From contig JARRQT010000069.1 of assembly GCA_037381445.1 (NCBI GenBank), forward strand, positions 1-15,385: a stretch of DNA of 15,385 nt, written 5' to 3'. Position 1 is the first letter of the stretch, and the number at the start of each line of letters is the position of its first letter. This DNA comes from Calditrichia bacterium (lineage in GTDB: Bacteria > Calditrichota > Calditrichia > RBG-13-44-9). The notes below the pieces were generated by a model. The model was not told where the DNA came from. It saw only the letters and a list, made by a program, of their open reading frames with translations, and searched no databases. Positions 1-8,367 of the stretch are shown in pieces. Made by a program: the position numbers and the translations under genes.

Positions 1-293
1 ACCCAGGAAAGGGACTGCTCATACTGAAGCTGCAGCCTGCGATCGTACATTTCCTTCGAATAGACCAAATTTCGTGAAGTAAGCCGGAACTGCCCAATTT
101 CATCCAAATAAATCTTGATGCTTTCCCGGTAGTATTTTGTCAATATGGAGTCCAATTTATCGACCTTCGATGGCAATTGCTGCCCCGCCGTAATTATCGG
201 ATTGACCGAAATTTGAGCCGGGCTAAAATAAAAAAATACAAGCACAAAAACAATACTTAAAATGGTACCACTGACGGAAATACGCCAAACCAT
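1..293 (-). CDS. Hypothetical exported or membrane-anchored protein, N-terminal part (runs off the window; absent from the ORF track)
   Basis: Manual translation from ATG at 293: MVWRISVSGTILSIVFVLVFFYFSPAQISVNPIITAGQQLPSKVDKLDSILTKYYRESIKIYLDEIGQFRLTSRNLVYSKEMYDRRLQLQYEQSLSW..., 97 codons with no stop. Hydrophobic N-terminus; GAGGA Shine-Dalgarno-like motif about 5 nt upstream. Confidence 0.8.
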   Translation of the reverse strand, partial: MVWRISVSGTILSIVFVLVFFYFSPAQISVNPIITAGQQLPSKVDKLDSILTKYYRESIKIYLDEIGQFRLTSRNLVYSKEMYDRRLQLQYEQSLSW

Positions 294-357
294 GAGAATC
301 CTCATAACACTAAGAGATAAAATGATTCAACAGACTGCAAAAGAAATTAAAATAGAT

Positions 358-393
358 AAAAAATGCTGGCATGAAATCATGCCTCGTTTTTTT
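358..393. terminator. Putative intrinsic terminator hairpin, possibly bidirectional
   Basis: GGCATGA-aa-TCATGCC inverted repeat (368-383) with an A-tract on the left and a T-tract on the right, about 95 nt downstream of the Omp85 gene stop. Confidence 0.4.
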
Positions 394-478
394 GTCACTT
401 TGGATCCGATCATTGATCACGAGCTTTTTAATATAATGCTTCTCGCATCAGCACATTTTTGAGGTGCAGATCCAATTC

Positions 479-2026
479 CTAAAAATGCTGCCCATAGCCA
501 AAACTAATCCATCCGGGATCATTCCATTCGAATTCGCTTATCTTGATTCCCAGATCAAATGAAAACAAATTTCCGTGCCAGCGATATCTTATTCCGGGTC
601 CTGTTGTCAAGATGATACTTCGCAAGGTAATTTTATAAAAATTCCCTTTTAATTCGCCATTATCCAGAAACCAGACAAATTGCCAATGGGAAGACCACAT
701 GTGCCGAAATTCAAAGGAATAATACAACATGGCCAACCCCCCAATGTATCTGCCATATTCATTTTTCGGCCCCAATTTATTATTCCGATATCCCCTCAAA
801 TTCTGTGCACCCCCCAGAAAGAATCGTTCATATTCCGGAACAGGTTTTCCCGCAGAAAGACTCTCAGCCCAACCGCCCTCCAGATGAAAGGCGAATACAT
901 TTTTCAATCCCAGCGGGAAATACCAGGATGTGCTGGTCGATATGCGATGAAAATCATTGGCACCCCCTAAAAAACCTCCATTATACTCATATAACAGGTC
1001 TGCCCGCATACCGTTTACCGGATTAATGGCAGGAAAAACGCTTGCAAAGGTAAGGCGGAAGTGAATCTGGCGATTTTGGTCAACCTTGCTCTGGATAGCA
1101 CCATTTAAACGGTTCTCATCCAAAGCGCTGCTCAACCAGACTTTGCTGAGTATAGCGCCCATATTCCAACTCAGATTCTTATAAATGAAAAAACGAAGGT
1201 TGCTTTCCAATGCTGCTTTTTTAAAATGAAAGGAAACATAGGATGGTTTGTCCGATTCGTAGAACATCTCATTCTCAAGCTGCAGATTCCGAGACATCAA
1301 AAGCGGAAAGTAGTATTTGCCTTGAATCAGCAAATGTTTCAGCATGACATGAGACGCGTAGTAAAATGAACAGGAGCCCTCCAGCCGGGCAGACTGCCCA
1401 TTTCCCCTGAGATGACGTCCACCTGTCTCCCCAATAAATTTTAAACCATCTTCACTGTCGAAACCAATCCCGCTTCCAAGAAAAAAAGGCTTGCGTTCCC
1501 AAACATTCAGGAGGAGATCAACGCGCCGGGTTTTGAAATCGAATTTATCTACTGAAAAGCGAATTGAATCAAACAAAGCGCTGTTATCCAGTTCTTTCTG
1601 CATATTGAGAATCACTTCGCGGGACAACGGCATATTTGCTTCGAAATCAATAAATTTTCTGACAAATTCCTGTCGGTTATATTTAAGCCCGGTGATTCGA
1701 ACCTTGCCGAGATAAAAACGCTGACCCTCGGTAATATTGAACAGAACCGTATCCTTAATATTACCTTTTCCTGACAATTTATACCTGACTTCAGACAATA
1801 AAAAGCCGTTGTCCTCATAATAATTTTGAAGGATTTGCATGGCCTTTGCCAGGTCGCCCTCTGTTGCAGTGGGATAAGTCAGAAAGAGAATCTCATGGCC
1901 TAATATCCGATCTGAAAAAAATTTATTCCCCTCAAATTCAAGTTTATATTGGCCATAAACTGAAACGAAAATGAAAAGATGACATATTATAAAAAAACTA
2001 CAATTCAGCCTTCGAAACATGCACAA
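479..2026 (-). CDS. Omp85 (BamA/TamA) family outer-membrane protein with two POTRA domains
   Basis: Signal peptide; POTRA-like segments (LEFEGNKFFSD...YEDNGF...FNITEG and KVRITGLK...SALFDSI...LNVWER); beta-barrel with the loop-6 lid motif (FFLGGAQNLRGY) and terminal Phe (FGYGQHF). True start may be ATG at 2020. Confidence 0.88.
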   Translation of the reverse strand: MCMFRRLNCSFFIICHLFIFVSVYGQYKLEFEGNKFFSDRILGHEILFLTYPTATEGDLAKAMQILQNYYEDNGFLLSEVRYKLSGKGNIKDTVLFNITEGQRFYLGKVRITGLKYNRQEFVRKFIDFEANMPLSREVILNMQKELDNSALFDSIRFSVDKFDFKTRRVDLLLNVWERKPFFLGSGIGFDSEDGLKFIGETGGRHLRGNGQSARLEGSCSFYYASHVMLKHLLIQGKYYFPLLMSRNLQLENEMFYESDKPSYVSFHFKKAALESNLRFFIYKNLSWNMGAILSKVWLSSALDENRLNGAIQSKVDQNRQIHFRLTFASVFPAINPVNGMRADLLYEYNGGFLGGANDFHRISTSTSWYFPLGLKNVFAFHLEGGWAESLSAGKPVPEYERFFLGGAQNLRGYRNNKLGPKNEYGRYIGGLAMLYYSFEFRHMWSSHWQFVWFLDNGELKGNFYKITLRSIILTTGPGIRYRWHGNLFSFDLGIKISEFEWNDPGWISFGYGQHF

Positions 2027-2199
2027 ATTTATAATGAATGGCTCAGGTTAGCAAGCCAAGTTGAAGAATGCACATATATCTGTTTTCTAAATAGTCACGA
2101 ACTTATGATGAAGAAATTCAGGGATCAGTTGGTAAACTAAAAACATACACGATGCAGGCTACTTCAATCAGGAATGCATGGAAGCAGAGCAGGATATAT

Positions 2200-2217
2200 C
2201 AAATGGCTCACCATTTG
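2200..2217. other. Short hairpin just downstream of the fur stop codon
   Basis: CAAATGG-ctca-CCATTTG perfect 7-bp inverted repeat 11 nt after the stop. No good U-tract, so terminator function is uncertain. Confidence 0.3.
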
Positions 2218-2228
2218 CAATTTATAAC

Positions 2229-2696
2229 TCAGTCTTCCTTATGCTCATTGCATCTGCCAAAAATCTGCAGCTGGTGACTGATCATGGTCATACCATATTT
2301 CTCGCATATTTCGCGCTGGCGTTTCTCGATCACGTCATCAGCGAATTCCACAACCTTCCCGCAAACCACGCAGATTAGATGGTCGTGATGCGGCCGGTCC
2401 ATAGCCAGTTCATAACTGGCATAATCGTGACCGAGGTTTTCCTTCTTGATAATCCCGATATTATGCAGCAATTCCAGAGTACGATAGACTGTCGCCCGGG
2501 AGATATGGTTATGTTTATTCCGGATATGTATAAAAAGTTCTTCGGCATCGAAGTGCGCAGGAAATGAAAATATTTCCTCCAGAATCGTGACGCGCTCCGT
2601 GGTAAAACGAAGGTTATTTCGTTTTAGGTAGGCACGAAGTTCGCTTAGAGCGGTTTTGAAATCCAACATAAAGTGTGACTCATTCTCAATTTTCAT
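2229..2696 (-). CDS. fur: Fur family transcriptional regulator
   Basis: LRFTTERVTILE, HFDAEEL, ISRATVYRTLELL winged helix, HHDHLICVVCGKVVEF metal-binding motif and HQLQIFGRC. Metal specificity (Fur, Zur or PerR) is not resolved. Confidence 0.93.
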   Translation of the reverse strand: MKIENESHFMLDFKTALSELRAYLKRNNLRFTTERVTILEEIFSFPAHFDAEELFIHIRNKHNHISRATVYRTLELLHNIGIIKKENLGHDYASYELAMDRPHHDHLICVVCGKVVEFADDVIEKRQREICEKYGMTMISHQLQIFGRCNEHKED

Positions 2697-2737
2697 TTAA
2701 ATAGAATCTGACATCTCATAATTATCAAAAATATTTT

Positions 2738-3661
2738 TTATTGAAAAGTCAGATCGTTGAAATAATAATCGACCGGATCGACGGGCTGCCCATGGTAATG
2801 CACTTCATAATGGAGATGGGGTGCAGTGGAAATCCCTGTATTTCCAACCTCGCCTATTTTTTCTCCTCTCTTCACATACTGCCCTCGCCTTACATAAATC
2901 TTCTGCAGATGACCGTATTTGGTTTCAAAACCGTATTTGTGATTGATGGAGATAAAAAGGCCGTACCCTCCATTTTTGCCTGTAAAAGTCACATAACCAT
3001 CGGCGGTAGCTAGTACCGGCGTGCCGCGGTTGGCGGCAAGATCGATACCATGGTGGGGCATAATTCTTTTAAATATCGGATGGCGCCGTCTTCCAAATCC
3101 ATCCGTTAGCCGGCTATTCGTTACCGGTTTGATTGCGGGAAGGTAACGCAGGGAATCTTCCTTGCGCTCCATGGTGGAAAGCAGTTTTTTGTAACTTTCA
3201 GTTTCGAGCTTAATTTCACGTTCAAGACGGGCCAATACACTCTGGCTGTTGATTAAAGACGATTTTAATTGGGGATTGTCCATTTCAATGCCGGATATAT
3301 GGGCAATATCAGACCCACCAATGCCGACCTGCCGCACATCCGCATCAATGGCAGGTATATCCAGCCTCGATCTCAAATTATCATCCAATTCCTCAATCTG
3401 ATCAACCTGGCTTCGCATATGGGTGATTTTTTCCCCCATCGATTTCAGCTGGCTTTCCAGAACCGAATTTTCCTTTTGCAGCTGCGAAATTTTGGAATTG
3501 TGGTTGAATTTAATTCCCAGATCGACGGAAATCTTAAGGGATAATCCGATCAGAAAAATCAGTACTGACAAACCAATAATTACTTTGGGGAACGAAAAAG
3601 TGACTTGTTTAATTTTGGAACTATTCGAATCAATAATAACAACACGAGGCTTATTGACCAT
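2738..3661 (-). CDS. M23 family metallopeptidase (peptidoglycan endopeptidase) with N-terminal TM helix and coiled coil
   Basis: HHGID (HxxxD), YGHL and STAPHLHYEV (HxH) motifs; TM at about aa 26-43; coiled coil; AAGGA 9 nt upstream of the ATG. Confidence 0.93.
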   Translation of the reverse strand: MVNKPRVVIIDSNSSKIKQVTFSFPKVIIGLSVLIFLIGLSLKISVDLGIKFNHNSKISQLQKENSVLESQLKSMGEKITHMRSQVDQIEELDDNLRSRLDIPAIDADVRQVGIGGSDIAHISGIEMDNPQLKSSLINSQSVLARLEREIKLETESYKKLLSTMERKEDSLRYLPAIKPVTNSRLTDGFGRRRHPIFKRIMPHHGIDLAANRGTPVLATADGYVTFTGKNGGYGLFISINHKYGFETKYGHLQKIYVRRGQYVKRGEKIGEVGNTGISTAPHLHYEVHYHGQPVDPVDYYFNDLTFQ

Positions 3662-3704
3662 GAGCGATTTTCCTTATTTGCAGTTTTCCACCTTTAACTC
3701 GTCT

Positions 3705-3733
3705 AAAATAATAACATATGTGATTTATGTCAA
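3705..3733 (-). promoter_or_regulatory. Putative sigma70 promoter for the M23-fur unit
   Basis: Minus strand TTGACA (3733-3728), 17-nt spacer, TATTTT (3710-3705), 43 nt upstream of the M23 start. Confidence 0.55.
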
Positions 3734-3907
3734 CAGTTAAAACACAAAGAATTTGAATTTTTTCAATTAATTTTGAAAAAAACTCCTTTTTTTCTCTTGT
3801 CTCCATGTTTTGAACCAGGCCTCACTAATTATTATTCGGCGCAATTATAGATTACATTAGTACTTATTGCGTCTATACCAAATTATACAAAGATTATACC
3901 ATCTTGC

Positions 3908-3936
3908 GCTTGTTGAAGTTATATTATTCAACAAGC
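3908..3936. repeat. Perfect 10-bp inverted repeat
   Basis: GCTTGTTGAA-gttatatta-TTCAACAAGC, read directly from the sequence. Function unknown. Confidence 0.7.
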
Positions 3937-4124
3937 CTCACATATCGTACAATAGTTATAAAAATCAAATAGAGTATTAAAATTTTACATCCCTGCCTTA
4001 TATCATTTTCCGGTTGATATGCACCACCTTTTGGCTCATTCCAACCAATTGGCCCATTGTGACCACCGTCACTTTCCCAAAAAAATTTCTTAATATCATC
4101 ACCCTCAATTAATTTCAAAAAACA

Positions 4125-6596
4125 TCAGGATGTTAACTTATCGAGTTGGATGATATAATCGCACCAATTCTGATAGTCGGAATTTGAGGAGCAGATAATG
4201 ATCTGATGTTCTTGTTTTAGATTATTCAATATTTTAAAAATCCGCTCAGTTCTTTCCCGGTCAAAATGAACAAAAGCATCATCAATAATGAAAGGGAATT
4301 TGCTCCGGGGCGCTATGAGCTTTCCAAGCACCATACGGTAGGCCAGAAAAAGTTGATCCCTCGTTCCGCTGCTCAACTGATCGGGTTTAACTTCAAATCC
4401 TTTAAAATATAGATTAAGGTGGAAATCTTGATCTACATTAATTGCGAAATCTTTCCCTTGAGTTGTGTTCTCCCAATATTCCTGGATATCTGCATTCAGA
4501 GTCTTAAGGTGCAGATTCCGGTATTCATTGATGGAAGACTGAAGTGTCTCTATCGCCAGTACTAATGCCTGTTTGCGAGACTCCAGCTGGTCTATATCAT
4601 CAATTAACTGATTTTGCTGCTCCTTCAATTGCTCGGGATTATAGGTGTCCGGATAATTCTGCCGGAGCCGTTCCCGATATTTTGCAGTGCGGCCTTCAAT
4701 CTGGTTTTTATTGTCCCAGGCTTTCTGAATTTCCGTTTCAGTTTTCCCGATCATCTGATCAAGACCAATTTTCCCGGTCAATTTTTTCAATGCAGGATTT
4801 TGATTATGCAGCTGCTTTATCTCAAACTCACATGCCGAGATAGCCTGAATATGCTCCTCCCTCCTGGCACGAAGTTCTTCCAGAGCGGGAAGCGCCTTTA
4901 ATTGGCTTTCATAAATCTCCGCCTGATTTTTTTGCCGCCGGTAACGTGAAATTTCTTCTGAAATTTCCGAACCTTTCCGCTCTACCAGCTCTTCATAGCG
5001 AGAATAATACCTGCCAAAGAGAGGATCCGCATCATATTTTTCAAGATCATGCGTGATTGATTTCTGCCGAACTTTGAGATCTCTCATTTCCTCCTGATTT
5101 TTCCGGTAGCGCGAATACGATTCTTCTAAATACTGCGGGCTAGCGTTCTTAAACTCTCCAAGAAGAGCATTTTGGTTCTCTCTGGCGTTTTCCAGTTGTT
5201 CAATTAGCAACAATATTTCTTTGTGCTCAGTCTTCTTATTTCGGAAAGGTTTTCTTCTGCGGATAACTTCGGCTGATAAAAGGGAAATCCCGCCGACTAA
5301 AATAACAGTGCATACGATAAACAATGTCAACGGAAGGCGGTTTGTATAATACATTAAAAATCCGGACAGGAACGATAGCCCCATCAGACTTCCTGCTAAC
5401 CATATCCGCTTTCGAGATTTGCGAGACAGTGCAAATAAATCTTCTCTTAACTCACCAGCGTGGTGTTGAGCGGCATTAATTTCCGAAGTAAGTTTTTCAC
5501 GATTTTCGAGAATAAATAAAAGGTTCTCAGGTGCCTTAGCAAAATCCGGCAGAAGCCTAGAATCATTTTCCAGCATGCTTATTTCTTGGTTTAATTTCTT
5601 ACATTGAGCTGATTTTTCTTCCCGGGCCGAACGAAGAGATAAATAGGCGCTCACTTCTCTTTCAAGGTCAAACGGATCAAATTTTAGGAGGTGTGGATAG
5701 AGATCATTAATCTGTGATTCCAGCGATTCCTTTTTCTTCTTCAACCCTTCCGCTTTTTCCAATTGCTCCAGAATACTATCCTTTTTCTCCTGATGACGTG
5801 CTATCTGCTCTTCAAGCCGTTGAAACCTATTTAAATCCGCTGCCATTCGTTTCAGGCTGGCGATTTTATGATCCAGTTCAATGCGTTCTTTTTCGGAATC
5901 CTCCAGTTCCTGCTGATTTCGTTGCTGGTCTTCAAAAAATGCGGCGGCTTTTTGCATCTTAGCACCAATTTCCTGTAGCTTCTGCAATTTCAATTCGATA
6001 AGCTGGTTAGACCTTGGCCCTCCCGATCTCTGCCAGGGAAGCCGTTCTTTTGTCAGTACATAGTATTCTGCTTCCAGAATGGAAAGAATATCTTCATAAT
6101 CGTTTTCACCGCTCCCGGTGAGTATTTGGCGAAGGGTCCTGTCAACTTCTACATCCAAATGACTTTCATGAACGACGGCGGTCGTGCTGAGGATTTGTTT
6201 GTCGGGTAAATCGAAAATTTTGCGGAAAGCCTCCCAGTATGCCGGTTCATATTTTTCTGTTGGCAAATGATAGTCATTAAAAATAATGCGTTCCCGATCC
6301 CCCAGTTCCGTAATGGTTACAAAGTTCTTTTCCAGATCACGCTTTAGGCGAAAGGTTTTCCCCTCATTTTCAAAACAGAGACCAACTTCAAATTGATGAT
6401 TTCCCTCCCATGATTTCCATTTCTTTTTCTCGGAGGTTTTCAATCCAAAAAATGCTGCGAAGATTGCGGCCACAATTGTAGATTTTCCTGCTTCATTTTT
6501 GCCCAATATCAGACCCATAGAATCTTTTAAAAAGTCCAGCGATACTGAGTGGCTAAAATTACCGAATCCGGTGATTTTAATTTTAGTGAGATTCAT
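4125..6596 (-). CDS. yhaN: Rad50/SbcC-like SMC ATPase of the YhaN (SbcE) type with a central transmembrane hairpin
   Basis: KIKITGFGNF N-terminal strand, Walker A GKNEAGKST, long coiled coils, signature LSSGTRDQL, Walker B/D-loop FIIDDAFVHFD. Hydrophobic hairpin at aa 398-442 and no CxxC hook. AGGA 7 nt upstream of the ATG. Confidence 0.88.
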   Translation of the reverse strand: MNLTKIKITGFGNFSHSVSLDFLKDSMGLILGKNEAGKSTIVAAIFAAFFGLKTSEKKKWKSWEGNHQFEVGLCFENEGKTFRLKRDLEKNFVTITELGDRERIIFNDYHLPTEKYEPAYWEAFRKIFDLPDKQILSTTAVVHESHLDVEVDRTLRQILTGSGENDYEDILSILEAEYYVLTKERLPWQRSGGPRSNQLIELKLQKLQEIGAKMQKAAAFFEDQQRNQQELEDSEKERIELDHKIASLKRMAADLNRFQRLEEQIARHQEKKDSILEQLEKAEGLKKKKESLESQINDLYPHLLKFDPFDLEREVSAYLSLRSAREEKSAQCKKLNQEISMLENDSRLLPDFAKAPENLLFILENREKLTSEINAAQHHAGELREDLFALSRKSRKRIWLAGSLMGLSFLSGFLMYYTNRLPLTLFIVCTVILVGGISLLSAEVIRRRKPFRNKKTEHKEILLLIEQLENARENQNALLGEFKNASPQYLEESYSRYRKNQEEMRDLKVRQKSITHDLEKYDADPLFGRYYSRYEELVERKGSEISEEISRYRRQKNQAEIYESQLKALPALEELRARREEHIQAISACEFEIKQLHNQNPALKKLTGKIGLDQMIGKTETEIQKAWDNKNQIEGRTAKYRERLRQNYPDTYNPEQLKEQQNQLIDDIDQLESRKQALVLAIETLQSSINEYRNLHLKTLNADIQEYWENTTQGKDFAINVDQDFHLNLYFKGFEVKPDQLSSGTRDQLFLAYRMVLGKLIAPRSKFPFIIDDAFVHFDRERTERIFKILNNLKQEHQIIICSSNSDYQNWCDYIIQLDKLTS

Positions 6597-6674
6597 GTGA
6601 AAATCCTGACTCTATAATTCTGAGATCTCAGCACTATACAACAAATGAAATATGTCCTGAATCGGACATCTGGA

Positions 6675-7814
6675 TTAATCATTGGAAAAATGGCCCATTA
6701 ATATTTTCAACGCCTCGCGAGCAGTATTTTTTTCCTGTTCAGTTGGAGCGTTTTCAATTAAGGAAATTAGCTTGGAAACGGCTAAGCCCCTGATGGTGTT
6801 TTCATTACTCAGAGATCTTATTTTTTCCGGGGCAGTAATTGTCGTACTATCCTCACATCGGAAATAATAAAAATGATCTGCGCATGTTTCCGCGAGCTGC
6901 GTTATATCCGGCATAAAATCGAGCTGCCCCTTTAATATCAACCTGAAAAAAATTTTTGAATCAGCGAATCTTTCCATAACATATCTCGCGATATCTTCCG
7001 TTGATTCGAAAGAGTGCAAATCGCAATTCAATTCAAATGTTTTGAAATATCTTCGCTGGCCCGCAAAAGGCGCAGAATTGATCCGGACATCCCCATCTTC
7101 AAATTCCGCAATCACTACCTGCCGTTTCCCTTCCTCTGTCCAACCCAACGGTTCCAGACTTCCCGGATATACTACATGAGTTCCGTTTCGCTGCACATGC
7201 AGGAAATTATGGTAATGCCCCAGTGCAATGTAGTCAAATCCCGTATTCAACAAATTCTCTGCCCGAAGGGGGATATCCTGCGCATGGAGTTTCCATTCGG
7301 GATTATTCTTTAATGCACCATGAATGATAGCAATATTTCTGACATCGCTTTTCCGGGGGCGAAAGGTATCAAAGGGTTGCTTCGACATAAAAGTATAGGT
7401 CATCCCATAAAAATGGAATAATGTGTCACCCAATACTAATTCTTTTGGCTCAGCAATGGAAGGCGAATTAAGCACGACAATTCCCGGAAATTCCACTTTA
7501 TTAAACACAGAATCGGGCGCTATGATATTGTCGTGATTCCCGGGGACAACTAATATGGGGATATTTTTTTCTTTCAGCCGATCAGACAGTCTTTTAACCC
7601 TGCCAATTAATTCAGAAGTTGGATCCGGGGAATCAAATAAATCGCCCGAGATCATGATAGCATTTACATGAGGAGCACCATCCACGGCTTCAGACAGGAT
7701 TTCTTTAAAACTCTCCAATATCTCACCTGTTCTCCGGGCCTGCTTTTCCGGGGGCAGGAATTGATGAACGGCTCCTAAATGGATATCAGCCAAATGCAAA
7801 ATGCGAATTGCCAT
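6675..7814 (-). CDS. yhaO: Mre11/SbcD family DNA repair nuclease (YhaO-like)
   Basis: All five phosphoesterase motifs are present: ADIHLG, GDLFD, PGNHD, IHG, ALGHYH, plus YPGS. ATG at 7814 is preferred to GTG at 7829 because GAGG lies 9 nt upstream. Directly upstream of the SMC ATPase. Confidence 0.92.
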   Translation of the reverse strand: MAIRILHLADIHLGAVHQFLPPEKQARRTGEILESFKEILSEAVDGAPHVNAIMISGDLFDSPDPTSELIGRVKRLSDRLKEKNIPILVVPGNHDNIIAPDSVFNKVEFPGIVVLNSPSIAEPKELVLGDTLFHFYGMTYTFMSKQPFDTFRPRKSDVRNIAIIHGALKNNPEWKLHAQDIPLRAENLLNTGFDYIALGHYHNFLHVQRNGTHVVYPGSLEPLGWTEEGKRQVVIAEFEDGDVRINSAPFAGQRRYFKTFELNCDLHSFESTEDIARYVMERFADSKIFFRLILKGQLDFMPDITQLAETCADHFYYFRCEDSTTITAPEKIRSLSNENTIRGLAVSKLISLIENAPTEQEKNTAREALKILMGHFSND

Positions 7815-7959
7815 TAATATCAGCCTCACTTTGGGCAGATCTGTTAATTATTCTCTGCCAGAGATAGAATACATTCCAATCTCATCATGAATATATGAAT
7901 GCAAAATAAACAAAAATATGTTGGTCAAAAATATATAAGATTTTTTGGAAGGAATAATA

Positions 7960-8367
7960 TTATCTGAATAATGCTTTAATGCTTCCCCAGGTACGGGAAA
8001 TACTGCTGATGTTCAAATTTGCCTGAATTGGCTCATTATATGTCGAATTCCCGTTCTTGTTAACAATCTGTAACCGGTAATAAAACCAGCCGTTTATCTT
8101 GCCCAGACGATCATCCACAAAACGGTACTGATATCCCGGTCCTCTGGCTTCTAGTGAACCTATTGGATAGAAATGTTCCTTGTCGTTCGATCTCTCCACT
8201 ACAAACTTTTGGACATTATCTTCCTGTGAGGTTTTCCATTGCAGAACTATTCTTTCTCCGTCCGGATCTGCACTGAATTCTGTAATGATGGCGTCCGCAA
8301 AAAGGAAGGATAGAAATAAAAACAAAATGAAGAATGATTTGATGAAGATCTTTTTTTCCATGTTCAT
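7960..8367 (-). CDS. Small secreted single-domain FN3/Ig-like protein with C-terminal TWGSIKALFR tail
   Basis: Sec signal peptide (KK, hydrophobic core, LFA/DA). Domain pattern FSA...IVLQWKTSQE...FVVERS...IG...YRFVD...YYRLQIV..NG matches the FN3-like module of Bacteroidota secreted proteins. Confidence 0.82.
   Translation of the reverse strand: MNMEKKIFIKSFFILFLFLSFLFADAIITEFSADPDGERIVLQWKTSQEDNVQKFVVERSNDKEHFYPIGSLEARGPGYQYRFVDDRLGKINGWFYYRLQIVNKNGNSTYNEPIQANLNISSISRTWGSIKALFR

Noticed and set aside
367..383. Sigma54-like promoter TGGCATG...TGC
   Set aside because: GG-to-GC spacing is one base too long, it faces away from the local genes, and it is explained by the terminator-like palindrome.
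3708..3735. dif/Xer-like site (TTATGTCAACA arm)
   Set aside because: Dyad spacing is one base short of CATAA-N6-TTATG, and the sequence is better explained as the -35 box of the M23 promoter.
3651..3806. 51-aa minus-strand ORF (METREKKEFF...) overlapping the M23 start
   Set aside because: It runs through homopolymer tracts and the predicted promoter, with no clear RBS or motif.
4119..4127. Stop-codon readthrough extending the SMC ATPase
   Set aside because: The protein already ends at the normal C-terminal strand of the ATPase head (CDYIIQL) and no recoding signal is evident.
3934..7829. AGCCTCAC 8-bp direct repeat flanking the nuclease-ATPase module as att sites or a target duplication
   Set aside because: Too short to be significant, one copy is the Shine-Dalgarno region of the nuclease gene, and no integrase or transposase is present.
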